Source: Candidatus Aegiribacteria sp.
GTDB taxonomy: Bacteria; Fermentibacterota; Fermentibacteria; Fermentibacterales; JCC-6
Assembly: GCA_046498225.1 (NCBI GenBank)
Contig: JAWOBF010000063.1
Span: 1-60,007 of the forward strand
Direction: 5' to 3'
DNA: 60,007 nt
Positions within the stretch are counted from its first letter, which is position 1. Each line of letters starts with the position of its first letter. The translations under genes and the position numbers were made by a program. Under the pieces are notes generated by a model. That model searched no databases. It saw nothing but the letters and a program-made list of their open reading frames with translations, and had not been told where the DNA came from. Shown here one piece after another: positions 56,278-60,007 of the stretch.

Positions 56278-56781
56278 TCAGATCTCCGGCCAGAAGTGAT
56301 TGTCGAACCAGACGTCCTCCATCAGGGCCCTGTCCATGTCCGCCAGAAGTTCGAGATGGCCGTGCTCCCAGTTGGCGAGCCATTTGTAGAGTTCCTCCTC
56401 CGTACCGGACTCTGCCTCCTGCGCCTTGTTCCTGTAGAAGGCTTCCGCCTCCTTCTCCAGGGCTATGGCCGCTGAGATCGCAGCAGCTTCGTAACCGGCC
56501 GCCTCTATCTCGTTCCTGATCGTCTGCGTGAGCATCTTCCCGGTATGGTCCTCCACCTCTCCCAGTTCCGTGATGGCGGCGAGGCTGCCGTCCCGGACAA
56601 GGCTGGCGTAATGCTGAGAAAGCACTTCCTCGTGCTTTTTCTCCTCCTCTGCCATCTTGGTGAAGATCTCCCTGACCGCGTCGCTGCCCGACTGCTCTAC
56701 GATACGCCAGTAGAAGACCTGCCCCCTCTTCTCCAGCAGGATGGCTCCCTTTATGGCTTCCAGGGCTCTGTCGCTCATCAT
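56278..56781 (-). CDS. Ferritin-like/rubrerythrin family di-iron protein
   Basis: Two 'E....FY' and 'E..H' repeats ('EEKKH', 'WEHGH'). Confidence 0.88.
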   Translation of the reverse strand: MMSDRALEAIKGAILLEKRGQVFYWRIVEQSGSDAVREIFTKMAEEEKKHEEVLSQHYASLVRDGSLAAITELGEVEDHTGKMLTQTIRNEIEAAGYEAAAISAAIALEKEAEAFYRNKAQEAESGTEEELYKWLANWEHGHLELLADMDRALMEDVWFDNHFWPEI

Positions 56782-56889
56782 GTACTCCTTTCGGTTCGTT
56801 CTGAGGGACCCGCTATTTTACGAACATTATTCCACTCCGGTTCCGATGCAAGTGTAGCACTCATTTCTCTCTTCGGACCTGGAATGACA

Positions 56890-56918
56890 TTGACCGGGAA
56901 CCGTCCCGGCCCTATAAG
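56890..56918 (+). promoter_or_regulatory. Putative sigma70 promoter of acyP
   Basis: TTGACC-17nt-TATAAG. Confidence 0.55.
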
Positions 56919-56974
56919 TGTAAATGGGAGTTTCGAGCGATCATTGGAACGGCAATGGAGGGCTGACGGACATC

Positions 56975-57247
56975 ATGAAGAGGGTGAGAGCTATGGTATC
57001 CGGCAGGGTCCAGGGGGTCTGCTTCAGGGCTTACACTCGGGACAGGGCTCGAAGGCTGGGAGTCACCGGCCATGTCAGGAACCTTCCCGACGGCAGGGTG
57101 GAGATAGTGGCCCAGGGAGAGGATAGCGATGTGGACAGCCTTCTGGAATGGGCTTCCCGCGGTCCTTCCCACGCCAGTGTCTCGAATGTATCGGTAGAGG
57201 AGCTGGAACCCGGCTGGGAGCAGATGGATTTCAGGATCGAGTATTAA
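56975..57247 (+). CDS. acyP: Acylphosphatase
   Basis: 'SGRVQGVCFR', 'G.VRNLPDGRVE', 'GP..A.V'. Confidence 0.93.
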   Translation: MKRVRAMVSGRVQGVCFRAYTRDRARRLGVTGHVRNLPDGRVEIVAQGEDSDVDSLLEWASRGPSHASVSNVSVEELEPGWEQMDFRIEY

Positions 57248-58479
57248 CGAAGCTCCAGGTATACGGAAGGTTCGGTCATCTCCATCACCCGGCCGATAAC
57301 TGCGGATTCCGTGTCGCCGTGTTCCCTCAGCGTTGCAACCAGCGCTTCCGCCTGACCGGGGGAGACCGTGGCCAGCAGCCCTCCCGAAGTCTGGGCTTCT
57401 GCGAAGAGAGTGTAATAGCGGCTGTCCACTCCTGCGGATATTTTCAGCCACGGGTCCACGTACTCGGAGCATTTGCACACGCCCTTGGGGTTGAATGTAT
57501 CCAGGAGTTCCGGAAGTCCCGGCAGCAGGGGAACGTCCCCGGAGTTGATAACCAGCCTGACCCCGGCGTTCTTCGCTATGGGGAGGGCGTGGCCCAGGAG
57601 GCCGAAGCCGGTGACGTCGGTGAGGCAGCTCACCGGGAACCTCTGCATTATCTCCGAGGCGTACTTGTTCAGCCTTTCCATCCAGTAGACGAAGGTATTG
57701 AACCTGGACTCCGACAGCCCGTGGTTGAGCATGGCGTCGCAGTAGACCCCGGTCCCTATTGGCTTGGTCAGGATTATCAGGTCGCCGGGGCGGGCGTTGT
57801 CGTTGGTCATGGCGGTGGCCGGGCTGGTTATTCCGGTGACGCTCATTCCGAAGAGCATCTCTTCCTGTTCCATGGTATGGCCTCCCAGCAGGACCACGCC
57901 GGCCTCGTGCAGCTTCTCCGCGGCGCCCGTCAGAAGCTCCTCTATTGTTTCCGGCGGTATTCTGCCCGCGGGGTAGGCAAGGTGGTTCATGGCGGTGATG
58001 GCCTTTGCCCCCATGGCCCAGATGTCGGACATGCTGTTGGCGGCGGCTATTCGGCCGAAGCTCCTGGCGTCGTCCACTATGGGGAAGAAGAAGTCAACCG
58101 TCTGCACCAGCGCCACTTCATCGGATATTCTGTACACCCCCGCGTCGTCCATGGTCTGCATTCCCACTATCAGGTTCGGGGAATCGGGCAGGGGAAGTTT
58201 TTCCAGTATCCCGGCCAGCCTGGTCGGGTTGAGCTTGCCCGCTCAACCGGCGCAGGGACCGTAATCCGTCAGTCTTATCTCCCTGCCGGATGGAAGGGAG
58301 CGCTGAGGAATACCGCCCTTCTGAAGCTTATCCATAAGGAACTCGCAGTAGGTCTGCTGGTGCCTTTCATGATGGAAGGCGATGCATTCGGCGCAGTTTC
58401 CCCGCCGTCTGCAGTCCGATGGGCACGGACAGTTAATGCCGTCGTAAAGCCTGAATTCCGGCACTCGGCCTCTTTCCAT
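57244..58479 (-). CDS. selD: Selenide, water dikinase, selenocysteine-containing (UGA at 58243-58245), with N-terminal Cys-rich extension
   Basis: Track ORFs 58243-58479 and 57244-58167 are in one frame, giving RLTDYGPCAG-U-AGKL; 'DDAGVY', 'QTVDFF.P', 'AAANSMSD.WAMG', 'GGHT', 'TDVTGFGLLGH', 'QTSGGLL'. Confidence 0.93.
58210..58242 (-). promoter_or_regulatory. Bacterial SECIS-like hairpin
   Basis: 14 nt after UGA: CCCG-A-CCA-GGC-UGG-C-CGGG; the G-starting apical loop lies about 22 nt from UGA. Confidence 0.7.
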
Positions 58480-58537
58480 GATCAGGGTTCAAAGCATGTC
58501 GGAGGGAATATACACACCGGGCCGGTCCCCGGTACAG

Positions 58538-58969
58538 TCAGGGGAGGTCTTCACCGGAAGGTCTGTAGCCCCTTTCCTTTTTCAGCTGTCCCCGTCTTTT
58601 CTTCTCTTCCAGCCTTTTCCGGACGGAGGCCCCGGTGGGTTTCGTGGGCTTTCGCCCGGAAGGCCTGCGGGCAGCCCTCTTCAGGAGCCTGCGCAGTTTT
58701 CGCAGGGCGCTGTCCCGGTTGCGGCTCTGGGACCGGTACTTCCTGGAATGGATAACCAGGACTCCCTCTCCGCTGAGTTTGCTGCCGGCCACCTTCCGCA
58801 GCCGTTCCTTCACCTCGTCGGGAAGGGATGGCGAACCAAGCGCGTCGAACCGCAGGACCACCGCCGAGGACGTCTTGTTGACCTTCTGGCCTCCGGGACC
58901 GCCGGACCGGACGAATTCCAGGTCCAGCTCCGAATCAGGTATGCTTATGTCCGGGGTTACCTCAAGCAT
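58538..58969 (-). CDS. arfB: Alternative ribosome rescue peptidyl-tRNA hydrolase ArfB (YaeJ)
   Basis: 'RSGGPGGQKVNK', 'RSQ.RNR', basic C-terminal tail. Confidence 0.95.
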   Translation of the reverse strand: MLEVTPDISIPDSELDLEFVRSGGPGGQKVNKTSSAVVLRFDALGSPSLPDEVKERLRKVAGSKLSGEGVLVIHSRKYRSQSRNRDSALRKLRRLLKRAARRPSGRKPTKPTGASVRKRLEEKKRRGQLKKERGYRPSGEDLP

Positions 58970-59064
58970 TGTCCGCTCCCTCTGTCGGTCTCATCCGATT
59001 ATGTTCCATTTCATATCATTGTATGAACGGGATTATTGAACAAGTACTAAGGAACGGGGGTAAC

Positions 59065-59739
59065 ATGGAACTCGCAGTTCCAATCATCGCTGTACTGCTC
59101 ATAGCCGGAGGAATAATCTGGCTGGTGGTCATGGTGGAGAAGAAGCGGACCACCGCGTGGCAGGGCATAGCCCAGAGGCTCGGGGCCCGGTTCACGCCCA
59201 AAGGTTCGGGTGAACACAACCGCTTTGCCTTCCAGCTGTTCAACACAGGCACCAGAAGGAAAATGAAGAACCATCTGAAATGGGAGTCGGAGGGGGTGAC
59301 CATCCACCTGGCGGACTACCAGTACACCGTACACCGGCATACGGGGCGGAACAACTCCTCAAAGACGTACAGGCAGACTGTGTGTATCCTGGAGGACCAG
59401 GAGCTGACCCTTCCCAGGACTTTCCTTCGAAGGCAGGTGGCGGTGCTGGACCTCATCGGCAGCAAGTTCGGCGCGCAGGACATCAATTTCCCCGAGGACC
59501 CGGAATTCTCCAAGGCCTTCGTCCTCAAGGGCGACGAGAACCGCACCCCTCAGGTTATGACGCCGGAGGTGAGGAGGCATCTGCTCCAGCACAGAAAGGA
59601 CTTCAAGACGGTGGAGATGAACGGCCCCGCCATACTGGTGAACTTCGGCAAAAGAAAGAAACCCGAGGAGTACTCCGACCTGGTTGCCCTGGCCATGCCC
59701 CTCTACTACATGACAGGCTCCGGTGGCAGCGCCTGGTAA
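59065..59739 (+). CDS. Membrane-anchored hypothetical protein
   Basis: N-terminal TM, 'QDINFPEDPEFS..F.L.G.DE'; GGGGG SD-like site. Confidence 0.75.
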   Translation: MELAVPIIAVLLIAGGIIWLVVMVEKKRTTAWQGIAQRLGARFTPKGSGEHNRFAFQLFNTGTRRKMKNHLKWESEGVTIHLADYQYTVHRHTGRNNSSKTYRQTVCILEDQELTLPRTFLRRQVAVLDLIGSKFGAQDINFPEDPEFSKAFVLKGDENRTPQVMTPEVRRHLLQHRKDFKTVEMNGPAILVNFGKRKKPEEYSDLVALAMPLYYMTGSGGSAW

Positions 59740-59749
59740 CCCCCCGCCC

Positions 59750-59857
59750 AAAGGGGACGGAGGGTTTTTATTTTAGGAAAGTAATTAATTAGGGGCTGCT
59801 AATCCAAACATGGTCAAATTAATTGTGTTGGGAGAATAAAAACCCTCCGTCCCCTTT
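59750..59857. repeat. 108-bp element with 23-bp perfect terminal inverted repeats (REPIN/MITE-like)
   Basis: AAAGGGGACGGAGGGTTTTTATT (59750-59772) / AATAAAAACCCTCCGTCCCCTTT (59835-59857); AT-rich interior; between convergent genes. Confidence 0.85.
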
Positions 59858-60007
59858 TCATTCCAGTACGTAGAGTTTCTGGTAGCCCAGTTCTGGGTCC
59901 TCCTCCCAGGCCATGATGCCCCTTTCCGAGACTTCCAGCTTCCAGCTCCATCCCTCCGCCGGGAAGACCGCGTGGTGCAGCAGCTCACCGGAAGCGGGGT
60001 CGAAGAT
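59858..60007 (-). CDS. 3' end of a CDS entering from beyond the window (beta-propeller-like C-terminus)
   Basis: Open frame IFDPASGELLHHAVFPAEGWSWKLEVSERGIMAWEEDPELGYQKLYVLE* with typical high-GC codon usage. Confidence 0.7.
   Translation of the reverse strand: MFDPASGELLHHAVFPAEGWSWKLEVSERGIMAWEEDPELGYQKLYVLE

Noticed and set aside
58243..58245. selD pseudogene (nonsense mutation)
   Set aside because: The TGA is exactly at the catalytic Cys/Sec position and is followed by a SECIS-like hairpin; the rest of the gene is intact.
59785..59988. 67-aa ORF from the track
   Set aside because: It is an alternative frame running through the inverted repeat; the frame ending at 59858 is more protein-like.

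Overview
High-GC, gene-dense bacterial chromosome segment, mostly housekeeping and envelope genes. A gingipain-like peptidase with a T9SS/FlgD-type C-terminal domain, a secreted protein ending in a 'TWGSIK' motif, and TolC/TonB/Mla genes suggest an anaerobic diderm of the FCB group, possibly Ca. Fermentibacterota (inference only). Recognisable modules: a TetR-TolC-MFP-RND efflux operon with its operator, a NitT/TauT ABC transporter, tonB, mlaEFD plus auxiliary lipoprotein, htpG, a full phoBR-porin-pstSCAB-phoU locus with a clear Pho box, msrBA, acyP, selD and arfB. No integrase, transposase or cas gene is visible. The most notable observations are: (1) a 126-bp, tRNA-Arg(CCT)-derived structured repeat, present twice around a 32-nt AT-rich spacer at the window start; (2) a selenocysteine-containing SelD (in-frame UGA plus SECIS-like hairpin) fused to an N-terminal Cys/His-rich domain; (3) a MIO-family ammonia-lyase with Ala-Cys-Gly in place of Ala-Ser-Gly, divergent from an orphan GlmL-like ATPase fusion and a radical SAM gene; (4) a translationally coupled AsnB plus short glutamate-cysteine-ligase-like pair; (5) a 23-bp perfect inverted-repeat element; and (6) two genes that appear to need non-canonical ATA starts. 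All family calls are by eye from motifs; no searches were run.
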